A stretch of DNA of 61,009 nucleotides from Gammaproteobacteria bacterium (GCA_028817255.1 JAPPQA010000027.1:1-61009); one strand, 5' to 3'; positions 8,793 through 18,083 are shown, counted from the first letter of the stretch. Translations and numbers: made by a program. Notes: generated from the sequence alone by a model not told the origin.

Positions 8793-10441
8793 GAACGGGG
8801 ACGCAGAGGCGCGTATGCGTATTCCTGGGGCAATTCGTCGCCCAGCGGGAAATTCTCCAGGCGCATGGTGTGGTAGCGTCGGAAGTAGGAGGCCACGCGG
8901 CGCCGGATGCCCGAGTCGTACTCCGGTTGAACGCAAAGGACGCGGCCGCCGCGCGGCGCGGCGTCCAGCACCTGGCCGCGTCGGACAATCAGGCGCCCGT
9001 CCTTGAAGACGTATTCCGGACTGGCGAACATGCGCTCCGCGTCGCGTTGCGGGCGATAGACGGCAATGTCCGCTACGGCGCCGACCCCCAGGTGACCGCG
9101 TTCGCTCAGACCCAGGCTGCGGGCTGGCCCTGCCCGAGTGATAATGGCGATCTCGTAGAGACTGTACTCGCGGGAGATGGCGCCGAGGTGGCTGGCGCGC
9201 GCGGCCTCCGGGTGGATGGCAGCCAGGCAGTCATTGCGGAATCCGCGGTCCATCAGCAGCCGGATCAGCCGCGGGTAGGAGGAGAAAGGGGCGCCGTTGG
9301 GGTGGTCCGTGGTCAGGAAGATGCGCCAGGGATCGTTTACCAGGAGGAACAATTCGAGCCCGATCGCCCATTGCAGGGCATTGACGTAACTGCTGTCGCG
9401 GTAGCGGAAAGGCATTACGCCGCAGCCTGCGTCGCACTCGATGTCCGCGCACGCCCAGCGACGCGGGTGGGCGTACCGATGCCCGGCGTATTGCTGCATG
9501 GTGTCTCCGGAGGCGGTCAGGGTCTGGCCAAACATCGCTTGGCCCACATCTACCGAGATGCCGGGTTGCCCGTTGATCGCCTCCGCCAGCCGGGCGGCGC
9601 CGGAGGAGAAGCCCCGGTCTCCTTCCGTCCCGTAACTGTGGAATTGCAGATGGGTCAGGTGCAACGGCAGCCCCTCTGCCGCGGCGATGGTGCGCAGCGT
9701 GGTCTCCACGTTTCCGGGCGCACCCAGGTTGCAACCATGCAGGTGCAGGGGATGGTGGAGGCCGAGTTCCCGCACTGCCCGCGCCAAGGCCAGGAGGATG
9801 CGGCGGGGCGTCAATCCGTAGCGGCGGTTCGGTTGATCCAGATCGAGCCGGCGCTGGTTGAACTTGAAGGCATGGATGCCGCCCGGATTAACGGCCTTGA
9901 CCGCGATGGAGCGTGTCGCCTGCAGCATCCAGGCCACATAGTCGCACACCGATTGCGGTTCGCTGCCGGCACGCAGCAGGCGCAACAAGAAATCGTCGTT
10001 GCCGAGCAATACGTAGCTGCCCTTGTCCAGCAGCGGGATATCGGCGAACTCCAGGTGTACCTGGCGGGCGTTGCTGGGCAGCATGGCCGGCTCGAAGCAA
10101 GATGTGTAGCCCATCTGGGCGTAGCGGTAGCCGATGGCCGCGGCGGTGGGCGCCGCCATGCCTCCCCCCGCCTGTGTCCGGCGGCCGCGCCGCAGCGGAT
10201 GCTGCCGCTGATCTTCAGGCAACAGCAAGCGCCCCAGGGCCATTTTGCCGCCGCCGATATGCGTATGGATGTCTATGCCTCCCGGCATGACGACCCGTTC
10301 CCGCAGGTCGTATTCTCTACTTGCCGCCGCTTTGCCGCGGGGCGGGGCGACGATGCGCCCGGCATCTATGTATAGGTCGCGAACGCGCCCGTTTATGCCG
10401 TTATGCGGATCGTACAGCCGTCCGCCGCGCAGCCGGATCAT
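8789..10441 (-). CDS. fhcA: formyltransferase/hydrolase complex subunit A (amidohydrolase-fold FwdA homolog)
   Basis: The ATG at 10441 (MIRLRGGRLYDPHNGINGRVRDLYIDAGRIV) and the GGIDIHTHIGGG metal-binding motif of the amidohydrolase fold are present. The start overlaps the fhcB stop (ATGA). Confidence 0.85.
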   Translation of the reverse strand: MIRLRGGRLYDPHNGINGRVRDLYIDAGRIVAPPRGKAAASREYDLRERVVMPGGIDIHTHIGGGKMALGRLLLPEDQRQHPLRRGRRTQAGGGMAAPTAAAIGYRYAQMGYTSCFEPAMLPSNARQVHLEFADIPLLDKGSYVLLGNDDFLLRLLRAGSEPQSVCDYVAWMLQATRSIAVKAVNPGGIHAFKFNQRRLDLDQPNRRYGLTPRRILLALARAVRELGLHHPLHLHGCNLGAPGNVETTLRTIAAAEGLPLHLTHLQFHSYGTEGDRGFSSGAARLAEAINGQPGISVDVGQAMFGQTLTASGDTMQQYAGHRYAHPRRWACADIECDAGCGVMPFRYRDSSYVNALQWAIGLELFLLVNDPWRIFLTTDHPNGAPFSSYPRLIRLLMDRGFRNDCLAAIHPEAARASHLGAISREYSLYEIAIITRAGPARSLGLSERGHLGVGAVADIAVYRPQRDAERMFASPEYVFKDGRLIVRRGQVLDAAPRGGRVLCVQPEYDSGIRRRVASYFRRYHTMRLENFPLGDELPQEYAYAPLRPRS

Positions 10442-11751
10442 GGTCCGTACCCGGCAGGCAGGGCAGAGGCGATTTCCTCCAGGGTTTCGGCTACTCCCGG
10501 GTGGGATGGCGGCGCCGCGCCGTCCGCCAGCGGCAGCACGACCGAGCCGTCGCAACGGAACAACATTCCCTTTGCCTCGACCCCCGGGGTAGCCACCGGC
10601 AGATATACTTCCGCCTTTCGGGGGGCCGGGGTGTCGGGGCGCAACAGCAGTATCCGCGGCACGGAAGAGCGCGGCGGGCGGCGGCTGCCGTCAAAAGCGG
10701 ATATCCAAAGCAGGGCGTCTGCTTCGCCCCGGGCCAGCAGCCGCTCCGTCGAGTAACGCGTTGCGTTATGTTCGGGATACCCCTGCCGAAAGCTGACGCG
10801 CAGAGGATATCCGCTTTGCCAGAGGCAGACATTGAGGGCCGTGGCGCCGCCGTCACTGCCGCCCAACGGCAAGGCGGCAAACCGGGTGTGGACATTTAAG
10901 CTCCGCAATAACTCCTGGAAGGCGCGGATATGCAGGTCCGCCTGGGCGGCGGGAAGCTGTGCCGGCTCCCATACCATGACCCCGTAGCGGGCCGTCCGCA
11001 GCATTTGCGCCAGGCGCCGCCACCGAGTCAGCGGTATGCCCGCCGCCGTCTCCGCCTGCAGCCGGACTTCGCGCACCAAGGCGGTAAGCACGGCGGCGGT
11101 CTCGGCCAGGGCGTGACCCGGCACCGGGAAGTGCAAGGGCAGGCGCCCCGTGGGCGAGCGACCGCTGCGCGGGTCCAGATCGCGGCCCAGATAGATTAAC
11201 CGCGGTTCGCATCCCCTACGGTCCAGCGCATGCCGGTTCCAGACCATGCGCTCCAGAAAGCGGGGATAGCGCGTGCCGGGGTCGCTGCCCGCGAATACCA
11301 GGAGGTCGGCACGGTTGCGAAGCTCGGTCAAGGTCGTGGCAAAACCGCCTTCTTCCTGCATGGCCCGGGTCGCCGCGGCGATCCCGTCGCCGTTCATGTG
11401 ATCGAGTACCCCGCCCAGTCTCTCGGCCAGCCGCAGTGCGGCCTGCATCCCGGCCACGTCTGTCCCCAGGCCGGCGAACAGAGGTTGGCTGGCCGCCGCG
11501 AGCAACTCGGCGGCGCGGCGGCATGCCGCCGCCCAGTCTGCCCGCCGCCCGCGCAGCATAGGTGTCGCGCGCCGACGGGAAGAACATGCAAACCCCCGTT
11601 GTGCCCGCGGGCAATGGGGCAACCGCAGGTGTTGGGCGCCGTCCCTGCGCCGCTCGAGGACCAGGTCGTCGCAGAGCAGGGAACAGAAAGGGCAGGTAAT
11701 GGGCGTGGACGCAGACGTTGCCGATTGAATCCGCATATAGGTATTATGCAT
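10438..11751 (-). CDS. fhcB: formyltransferase/hydrolase complex subunit B (FwdB homolog)
   Basis: The N-terminal ITCPFCSLLCDDL motif is typical of FwdB/FhcB. The ATG at 11751 is preceded by AGGAG at 8-nt spacing on the minus strand. Alternative starts are at 11736 or 11835. Confidence 0.8.
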   Translation of the reverse strand: MHNTYMRIQSATSASTPITCPFCSLLCDDLVLERRRDGAQHLRLPHCPRAQRGFACSSRRRATPMLRGRRADWAAACRRAAELLAAASQPLFAGLGTDVAGMQAALRLAERLGGVLDHMNGDGIAAATRAMQEEGGFATTLTELRNRADLLVFAGSDPGTRYPRFLERMVWNRHALDRRGCEPRLIYLGRDLDPRSGRSPTGRLPLHFPVPGHALAETAAVLTALVREVRLQAETAAGIPLTRWRRLAQMLRTARYGVMVWEPAQLPAAQADLHIRAFQELLRSLNVHTRFAALPLGGSDGGATALNVCLWQSGYPLRVSFRQGYPEHNATRYSTERLLARGEADALLWISAFDGSRRPPRSSVPRILLLRPDTPAPRKAEVYLPVATPGVEAKGMLFRCDGSVVLPLADGAAPPSHPGVAETLEEIASALPAGYGP

Positions 11752-12026
11752 GTTTGCGGCTCCTGAGTATCGGGAGAGTTTATCGGCGTATATTGCAGTA
11801 GCGGACTCCCGGAGACCATATGTTGTCATACGCAATGTTGGCGGTTACGCCTTTCCTTTGCCCTTCGCTTCATTCCCGCGCCTCGTAAAGTGCGCGTGCG
11901 GCTGGTTATGGCGCGTGCCTTTCCTGCCGATCGTTGCTGCTCGCGCGGCACGGGGCGCAAGGGCTAGTCGGGGACGGAGGAGAAAGATGGATTTGCAGGA
12001 AAATAGGTGCCGGAAGCGTTGGCGCC

Positions 12027-13160
12027 ATGGTCTCTGGGGCCGCTTTCCCGCGGCACGGCCTGTGCCCGGGGGCAGGTCGGAGGAATAGGGTGGTGCGCCC
12101 CGGACACCGGTTCCGTCCTGGGTCGGCGCCCGTGGCCCCGGATGGCAAGGCGTTACGGGTCGCTGCGACGGAGGTCTCCGTCATCGCCCCGGCACGCCTG
12201 CATATGGGGTTTTTTGGTCTCCAGGGCGGGGGACCGGGCCGCTGTTTCGGCAGCTTAGGGCTGACCCTGGCGGACCTGGCGCTTCGGCTACGGGTCCGGC
12301 AGGCCCTGCGGTTACAGGTCCGCGGGCCGATGGCGGGCCGGGTTCGCGAGGTGGTGGAGTCCTTGTGCGTGCATCTGGATTTGCCGCAAAGCATGGAAAT
12401 TGTTGTAGAGAAAGCGATTCCACCGCATATGGGGCTGGGCTCCGGGACGCAGTTGGCGCTGGCTGTGGGCAGTGCCGTCCTGCGTCTGCACGGAATGCAG
12501 ATGCCGCCTGCGGAGCTGGCGTCCTTGTTGGGACGGGGAAAGCGCTCCGGGATTGGTGTGGGCGCTTTTTGTTACGGAGGTCTGTTGGCCGACGGGGGCA
12601 GTGGCGCCGCCACTGTCGTGCCGCCCGTGGTCAGTCGTCTTGAATTCCCCGAAGAATGGCGGTTGTTGCTGATGCTGGATCATTCCCGGCATGGCTTCAG
12701 CGGCAACCGTGAACGGCGCTCCTTCGAATCCTTGCCTGAGCTGCCCATGACCACAGTCTCCCACTTGTGCAGACTGGTGCTCCTGCAGGCGTTGCCGGCG
12801 GTCTGCGAGCGCCGCATCCAGGATTTCGGCGCCGCCATCGGGGAAATCCAGCAGATCCTGGGTGGCCATTTTGCCGCGGTGCAGGGCGGTTCCTATACTA
12901 GCCCCGAGGTCGCGGCGGCGATGCGCTGGTTGGTCGCCGAAGGCGCGGCCGGGGTAGGGCAGAGTTCCTGGGGGTCCACGGGTTTTGCCTTGTTTCCTTC
13001 CGAAGAGCAGGCCTCGGGAGTTTTGCGGCAGGGCCTTATCCGCTGGCGCGGGCATGCGCAGCTGGAATTGCGAATGGTATCCGGGCGCAACCGCGGCGCC
13101 GAAATTGAGGAGGGCGAGCCCGCTACCGGCGTTAAGTCTTCCCGGCGCCCTGCCTGTTGA
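12027..13160 (+). CDS. mptG: beta-ribofuranosylaminobenzene 5-phosphate synthase (H4MPT biosynthesis, GHMP-kinase fold)
   Basis: The characteristic N-terminal block VSVIAPARLHMGFFGLQGGGPGRCFGSLGL and a GHMP-like motif PPHMGLGSGTQLALAV are present. The start is ambiguous, with ATG at 12027 or GTG at 12132. Confidence 0.75.
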   Translation: MVSGAAFPRHGLCPGAGRRNRVVRPGHRFRPGSAPVAPDGKALRVAATEVSVIAPARLHMGFFGLQGGGPGRCFGSLGLTLADLALRLRVRQALRLQVRGPMAGRVREVVESLCVHLDLPQSMEIVVEKAIPPHMGLGSGTQLALAVGSAVLRLHGMQMPPAELASLLGRGKRSGIGVGAFCYGGLLADGGSGAATVVPPVVSRLEFPEEWRLLLMLDHSRHGFSGNRERRSFESLPELPMTTVSHLCRLVLLQALPAVCERRIQDFGAAIGEIQQILGGHFAAVQGGSYTSPEVAAAMRWLVAEGAAGVGQSSWGSTGFALFPSEEQASGVLRQGLIRWRGHAQLELRMVSGRNRGAEIEEGEPATGVKSSRRPAC

Positions 13161-13188
13161 AGATTGCCGGGGAGACAGGGCCAAAATT

Positions 13189-14316
13189 ATGGCACGATTG
13201 TTGATCCTTGCCGCCAGTGCCCGGGCACTGGCGCAAGCGGCCCGGCGCGCGAGCCTGCGGGTACAAGTCGCGGATGCCTTCGCCGACGAAGATACCGCGT
13301 CCTGCGCCGAGCGCTTGTGGCATATTCCGGAATTACTGGGGGACTCCGAAGAACGCTTGCTGGAGGCGGTAGAGCCGCTATTGGCAGCTCGGCCGCGGGT
13401 CATTGTCGGGGGGGGGCTTGAGGCGTGGCCGCGCTTATTATGCGAACTGGAGCGGCGCGCGGAGTTGCTGGGCACTTCAAGCGAACTCTGGCTTAACATT
13501 AATAAACAGTTATTTAATAGGAACTTAAAAGATAAATATAATCTGCATACCAGTATCGGTCGCCGGCCATCTAGAGGAGACTGGCTGGTCAAACGAACTG
13601 GCGGCAGCGGCGGCTGTAGGGTGCGGCCATGGTGTCCTGGCGAGGCGCTGCTTCCCGGGGAGTACCTGCAAAAACGTTTTCCGGGGCGGCCCCGTTCCGT
13701 AGTGTTCCTTGCCGATGGCAGGCGGGCCGTCCTGCTGGGGAGCAATACGCTGTATTCCCTGGCGCCGGAACGCGGCGATTTCCGCTATGCGGGCGCGATC
13801 AACCAAGCCCGCCTGCCCGCTGCGCTGGAGCGCGGCTTGCCGGAACGGGTGGATGCCCTGGTACGGGAAACCGGACTGCGCGGGCTTTGCGGCCTGGATT
13901 TTTTCGCAGCTCCGGACGGCAGCTTGCGTCTCCTGGAGATCAACCCGCGTCCTACAGCGACCTGCGAATTGCACGAACGGCCGCCGGGGCTGTTGCGGTG
14001 GCATATCCTGGCCTGTCAGGGGCGCCTGCCGCGCCGGATGCCCGCACTCCCGTTACGGCCTCCGGTAGTAGGGCAGAGCGTCTGCTACGCTGGCAAGGGT
14101 TTCGTTTTGCCTGCCGATTGGCGCTGGCCCTCATGGACGGCGGACCGGCCGCGGCCTGGCGCCTGGATAGCGGCCGGCCAGCCGGTATGCAGCCTGTACG
14201 CGCGGGCGGCAAGCGAAACCCGGGTAAAATCTCTACTGGCGGCACGTCAGGCGCGGCTGGTCATGGCCCTGCGTCTGCGTGGTTTGTCGCCGCTGGCGAT
14301 CCCGGCCGTGTGCTAA
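13189..14316 (+). CDS. ATP-grasp family protein of the H4MPT-linked C1 transfer cluster (COG2232-like carboligase)
   Basis: The ATG at 13189 (MARLLILAASARALAQAA) opens the gene. The ATP-grasp core is WLVKRTGGSGGCRV ... GLCGLDFF ... LLEINPRP. The position between mptG and mch matches methylotroph archaeal-like gene clusters. Confidence 0.7.
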   Translation: MARLLILAASARALAQAARRASLRVQVADAFADEDTASCAERLWHIPELLGDSEERLLEAVEPLLAARPRVIVGGGLEAWPRLLCELERRAELLGTSSELWLNINKQLFNRNLKDKYNLHTSIGRRPSRGDWLVKRTGGSGGCRVRPWCPGEALLPGEYLQKRFPGRPRSVVFLADGRRAVLLGSNTLYSLAPERGDFRYAGAINQARLPAALERGLPERVDALVRETGLRGLCGLDFFAAPDGSLRLLEINPRPTATCELHERPPGLLRWHILACQGRLPRRMPALPLRPPVVGQSVCYAGKGFVLPADWRWPSWTADRPRPGAWIAAGQPVCSLYARAASETRVKSLLAARQARLVMALRLRGLSPLAIPAVC

Positions 14317-14356
14317 GAAAAAATAAATTTTTATTTAGGTTTATAAGAATTAATTA
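14317..14356 (+). promoter_or_regulatory. 40-nt almost pure A/T spacer immediately upstream of mch, a candidate internal promoter or unstructured translation initiation region
   Basis: The sequence is gaaaaaataaatttttatttaggtttataagaattaatta in an otherwise GC-rich operon. It contains several TATAAT-like hexamers and no Shine-Dalgarno sequence. Confidence 0.3.
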
Positions 14357-15334
14357 ATGGATAAACTTAGTATTAGTGCCGGGGCAATGCCATTGTTGCG
14401 CTCCTTGCGGGAGGAACAGGAGTCACTGCGGATTGCGGTTCATTCGCCTCCTGGCGGCGCTGCGATCATAGATGCCGGCATTGAGGTCCCGGGCAGCCTG
14501 GAAGCAGGCAGACGTATTGCGGAGATCTGTTTGGGGGGGCTGGCCCGGGTAGATATACGGGCAGGTGCCGGGCTGAGGCATTGGCCCTGGGAGGTGGACG
14601 TGCGTAGCGCCAGCCCCGTCGTTGCCTGCCTGGGGAGCCAGTATGCCGGCTGGAAGCTGTCTCACGGTAGCGGCAAGGATGGTTTTTTCGCCCTGGGATC
14701 GGGACCGGCCCGGGCCTTGGGCAGCAAGGAGCCTTTGTTTCAGGAATTGGGCTACCGGGACCGGGCTAGCGAGAGCGTTCTGGTATTGGAGACGGATCGT
14801 TTGCCCCCGGAAGAACTGGTGCTGGAGATTGCCGAGGCATGTAGTTTGCGGCCGGAGTCCCTTAGCTTGATTCTGACCCCTACCACATGCCTGAGCGGCG
14901 CTGTGCAGATTGTCGCCCGGGTACTGGAGACGGCCTTGCACAAAGCGCACGAACTGCGCTTCCCGCTGTCCGGGATCGTGGACGGCATGGGCAGCGCCCC
15001 CCTGTGTCCGCCGGCCCCGGAGCAGCTCGTCGCTATGGGCCGCAGCAACGATGCCATCCTCTTTGCCGGCCGGGTACATTTGTTCGTCGCCGCCGGCGAT
15101 GAGGAGGCGCGGGAACTGGCCGAGCGGCTGCCCAGCAGTGCCTCGCGCGATTACGGTAAACCTTTTGCCCAGGTATTCCGAGAGGCGGAGTTCGACTTTT
15201 ACCGAATAGACCCGATGCTGTTCGCCCCTGCTTGGGTGGCGGTCACCTCCCTCGTCACGGGCCGCACTTTTCACTCCGGCAGGCGGGACGAGGAGCTGCT
15301 GGACCGTTCTTTCGGCTCTCCCGGCGGTGTCTAG
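14357..15334 (+). CDS. mch: methenyltetrahydromethanopterin cyclohydrolase
   Basis: The 325-aa ORF has the typical Mch length and N-terminal region (AVHSPPGGAAIIDAGIEVPGSLEAGRRIAEICLGGL). It sits in the mch, orf5, orf7, fae order known from methylotrophs. Confidence 0.88.
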   Translation: MDKLSISAGAMPLLRSLREEQESLRIAVHSPPGGAAIIDAGIEVPGSLEAGRRIAEICLGGLARVDIRAGAGLRHWPWEVDVRSASPVVACLGSQYAGWKLSHGSGKDGFFALGSGPARALGSKEPLFQELGYRDRASESVLVLETDRLPPEELVLEIAEACSLRPESLSLILTPTTCLSGAVQIVARVLETALHKAHELRFPLSGIVDGMGSAPLCPPAPEQLVAMGRSNDAILFAGRVHLFVAAGDEEARELAERLPSSASRDYGKPFAQVFREAEFDFYRIDPMLFAPAWVAVTSLVTGRTFHSGRRDEELLDRSFGSPGGV

Positions 15335-16253
15335 CGAGGTCTCCGGCCGCCATATCGTCGTCTTTGCGGAGGAGATCGGCTGGCATGGGCGCCGCCTGAA
15401 GGAGGCATTTGCCCGCTTGGGCGGGCGCGTTTCTTTCCTTTCCCTGAGCGATTGCCGCCTGGAGTGGGGCGCGGGGCGCCAGGGACTTCATTTGCCGGGG
15501 CGGCGCCCGCGGATGCCGGCAGGCGTGCTGGTGCGCGGTATCCCTACAGGTACTCTGGAGCAGGTGATCCTGCGACTGGACTTGCTGCACGACCTGCAGG
15601 CGCGGGGAATACCGGTATGTAATCCCCCTCGCGCGATCGAACACACGGTGGACAAGGCCATGACGAACATTCTTTTGCGGCGTGCCGGTTTGCCTACCCC
15701 CGCTACCTGGATTTGCGAATCGGAGCGGCAGGCGCAGGAACTTTGCGAACGGGAGTGGGAGGCCGGCAGCAAGGTGGTCCTCAAGCCGTTGTTCGGCTCT
15801 CAAGGCCGGGGGTTGCGGTTGCTGGAACCTGGCGTACCTCTGCCAAGGGAGGGAGAATCGGAATTCCGCGGGGTCTATTACCTGCAACGGTTGGTCGAGC
15901 ACGCTGGGGAGGAAGCGCGCGATATCCGCGTATTGGTGATCGGCGGTCGGGCGCGCGCCGCGATGCTGCGGCGCAATACATGTTGGATTACCAACCGGGC
16001 CCAGGGAGGACGTTGCGAACCGGTTCCCTTGGAACCCCGGCTTTGCCGTTTGGCTGAGGCGGCGGCACAGACGCTGGCGGTGGATTACGCGGGGGTGGAC
16101 CTGATTGCTGGGGCGGACGAGCGGCTCTGCCTGTTGGAGGTGAACGGCATCCCGGCTTGGCAGGGGCTGCAGCGCACCTGTTCCCTGGATATCGCTGCCT
16201 TGTTGGCCGGGCACATGCGGGCCAGGATGCAGACGGCGGGGACCTGGGCTTGA
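15327..16253 (+). CDS. RimK-family ATP-grasp ligase (H4MPT:alpha-L-glutamate ligase-like, orf5 type)
   Basis: The GTG start overlaps the mch stop. RimK-like blocks are VVLKPLFGSQGRGL ... DIRVLVIGGR ... AGVDLI ... LLEVNGIPAW. Confidence 0.75.
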   Translation: MSSEVSGRHIVVFAEEIGWHGRRLKEAFARLGGRVSFLSLSDCRLEWGAGRQGLHLPGRRPRMPAGVLVRGIPTGTLEQVILRLDLLHDLQARGIPVCNPPRAIEHTVDKAMTNILLRRAGLPTPATWICESERQAQELCEREWEAGSKVVLKPLFGSQGRGLRLLEPGVPLPREGESEFRGVYYLQRLVEHAGEEARDIRVLVIGGRARAAMLRRNTCWITNRAQGGRCEPVPLEPRLCRLAEAAAQTLAVDYAGVDLIAGADERLCLLEVNGIPAWQGLQRTCSLDIAALLAGHMRARMQTAGTWA

Positions 16254-17194
16254 GGCGGGAGAGCGGGAGTCCGTCGGACACCCTGCCGGCCGCTCCGCCG
16301 GGAGTCGCTATCGCGCCGCGGCTAGTGCGCGCCTGCTTCGCGGCGGATGTTATGGCGCTCAAGCCGGGCAACGTCAGCCGCTATGCCGCTGGCCACGGGA
16401 TGCGGGCAGAGGATTTCCTGCGTAGCGGCACTGTGGTCAGTCCGATTCTTTGCGAGCGCGCCCGGTCGGTGGGGGAGCGTATCTTGCGGGCCGTGCAGGC
16501 CACCATGCGGCAGGTGGGCTGCAACACGAACTTGGGGATGCTGCTACTCTTCGCCCCGCTGATTCGGGCAGCCGAAGAAGCGCCGGCAGGCGGGTTGGCG
16601 GGCCTGCGGCAGGCGCTGGCGAAGACCCTGGCCGATCTGCGGGGAGTGGAGGGGGAGCGAATTTTCCGCGCCATTCGCGAGGCCCGGCCCGGAGGGCTGG
16701 GCAGCAGCCGGCGCTACGATGTCCGCTCCGCCTCTGGTCATGAACTACTGGAGGCGATGCGCCATGCCCGCCGCCGCGACCGCATTGCTCTGCAGTACGT
16801 GAGCGGCTATGAGGACATATTTTCCTCCGGGATTCCCTGTTTTTCTAAAGCGCTGGCCCGCTATGGGGATGTAGAGTGGGCGTTGACAATGTGTTATATT
16901 GAGTTCTTGTGCAGCTTCGCCGATAGTCACGTATGTCGCAGGCACGGAAGGGCGGCGGCCGAAGCATTGTGCGGCAAGGCATTGAGGATGCGGCAGGCAT
17001 TGCTGGTCCGCGAAGATCCTCGGGATTGCCTGCCCGCGTTGTTGCAGCTTGACGGTGAGCTGAAAGGGGCGCGCATCAATCCTGGCACCAGCGCCGATTT
17101 AGCGGCGGCCAGCCTCTTGGCTTGGCGCCTGGTGCACGGAGACGGCGCGTTACCGCAAGATACTGGTAACGATAACTGTCATGGAGGGAAGTGA
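16250..17194 (+). CDS. triphosphoribosyl-dephospho-CoA synthase (CitG/MdcB) family protein, H4MPT-cluster orf7 type
   Basis: CitG-family blocks are [16 protein letters not shown] ... [13 protein letters not shown] ... INPGTSADL. The proposed TTG start at 16250 overlaps the upstream TGA and is uncertain. Confidence 0.7.
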   Translation: MRRESGSPSDTLPAAPPGVAIAPRLVRACFAADVMALKPGNVSRYAAGHGMRAEDFLRSGTVVSPILCERARSVGERILRAVQATMRQVGCNTNLGMLLLFAPLIRAAEEAPAGGLAGLRQALAKTLADLRGVEGERIFRAIREARPGGLGSSRRYDVRSASGHELLEAMRHARRRDRIALQYVSGYEDIFSSGIPCFSKALARYGDVEWALTMCYIEFLCSFADSHVCRRHGRAAAEALCGKALRMRQALLVREDPRDCLPALLQLDGELKGARINPGTSADLAAASLLAWRLVHGDGALPQDTGNDNCHGGK

Positions 17195-17196
17195 AA

Positions 17197-17709
17197 ATGG
17201 CAACGATAGACAGAGTGCTGGTCGGCGAGGCCCTAGTGGGAGAGGGCAACGAGGTCGCCCACGTGGACTTGATCATGGGGCCGAGGGGCAGTGCCGCCGA
17301 ATCGGCTTTCTGCAACGCGATCACCAACAATAAAGACGGCTTTACCAGCCTTCTGGCGGTGGTCGCTCCCAACCTGCCGTGCAAACCGCACACGCTCCTG
17401 GTTAACAAGGTGACGATCAAGGGGGCAAAGCAGGCGGTGCAGATGTTCGGCCCGGCGCAACGGGCGGTTTCCATGGCCGTCATGGACTGCGTCGAGGACG
17501 GCACCATTCCGGCGAACGAGGCGGAGGACATATTTATCTGTGTCGGGGTGTTCATCCACTGGCTGGCAGAGGACGACAACAAGGTCCAGGACTACAATTA
17601 CGAAGCGACCAAGCTCTCGATCAAGCGCGCGGTAGGCCAAGCCCCCAAGGCGTCCGAAGTGCTGAGCAAGCGCGGTAGCGCCGATCATCCTTTCCAGGCC
17701 CACTCCTGA
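17197..17709 (+). CDS. fae: formaldehyde-activating enzyme
   Basis: The roughly 170-aa product is [35 protein letters not shown] ... VFIHW, a classic Fae sequence. GGAGGG lies 8 nt upstream of the ATG at 17197. Confidence 0.92.
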   Translation: MATIDRVLVGEALVGEGNEVAHVDLIMGPRGSAAESAFCNAITNNKDGFTSLLAVVAPNLPCKPHTLLVNKVTIKGAKQAVQMFGPAQRAVSMAVMDCVEDGTIPANEAEDIFICVGVFIHWLAEDDNKVQDYNYEATKLSIKRAVGQAPKASEVLSKRGSADHPFQAHS

Positions 17710-17844
17710 GTCGCGCCGGTAACCGCACCTCTGAGTCCAGTGGCGTTCTTTCCTATGTAAAGAACGTCGGCAGTTACTACGGCCCTACGGCCCGTATAGC
17801 TGCGCAGAGACCGCGGTTACGGTTTGCACTCAATGTTGTTTTGT

Positions 17845-17874
17845 CGCCCCGGCCCTGCCGGGGCGCTTTTTTTT
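17845..17874 (+). terminator. rho-independent terminator of the mch-fae operon
   Basis: A perfect 8-bp GC stem pairs cgccccgg (17845..17852) with ccggggcg (17858..17865) around a 5-nt loop. It is followed by c plus a T8 run. Confidence 0.8.
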
Positions 17875-18083
17875 GGGAATTCCAGATCCAAAGCCGCCAC
17901 CGCGGACCGGCGTTCCAAGATGCATGAGAGCACCCGTTCCGGGGCGCTATCGGGCAGCAGCCGTCAATGAACGCACGGTGGTGGTTCTCGGCCGCAAAAA
18001 CCCTGTGGGGAGGCGGCAGTCGTGCATGTGCGGGGGCATATTGCCAGCGGCGTGAGACACGGATTCATGGCCGGTTCCATAAT

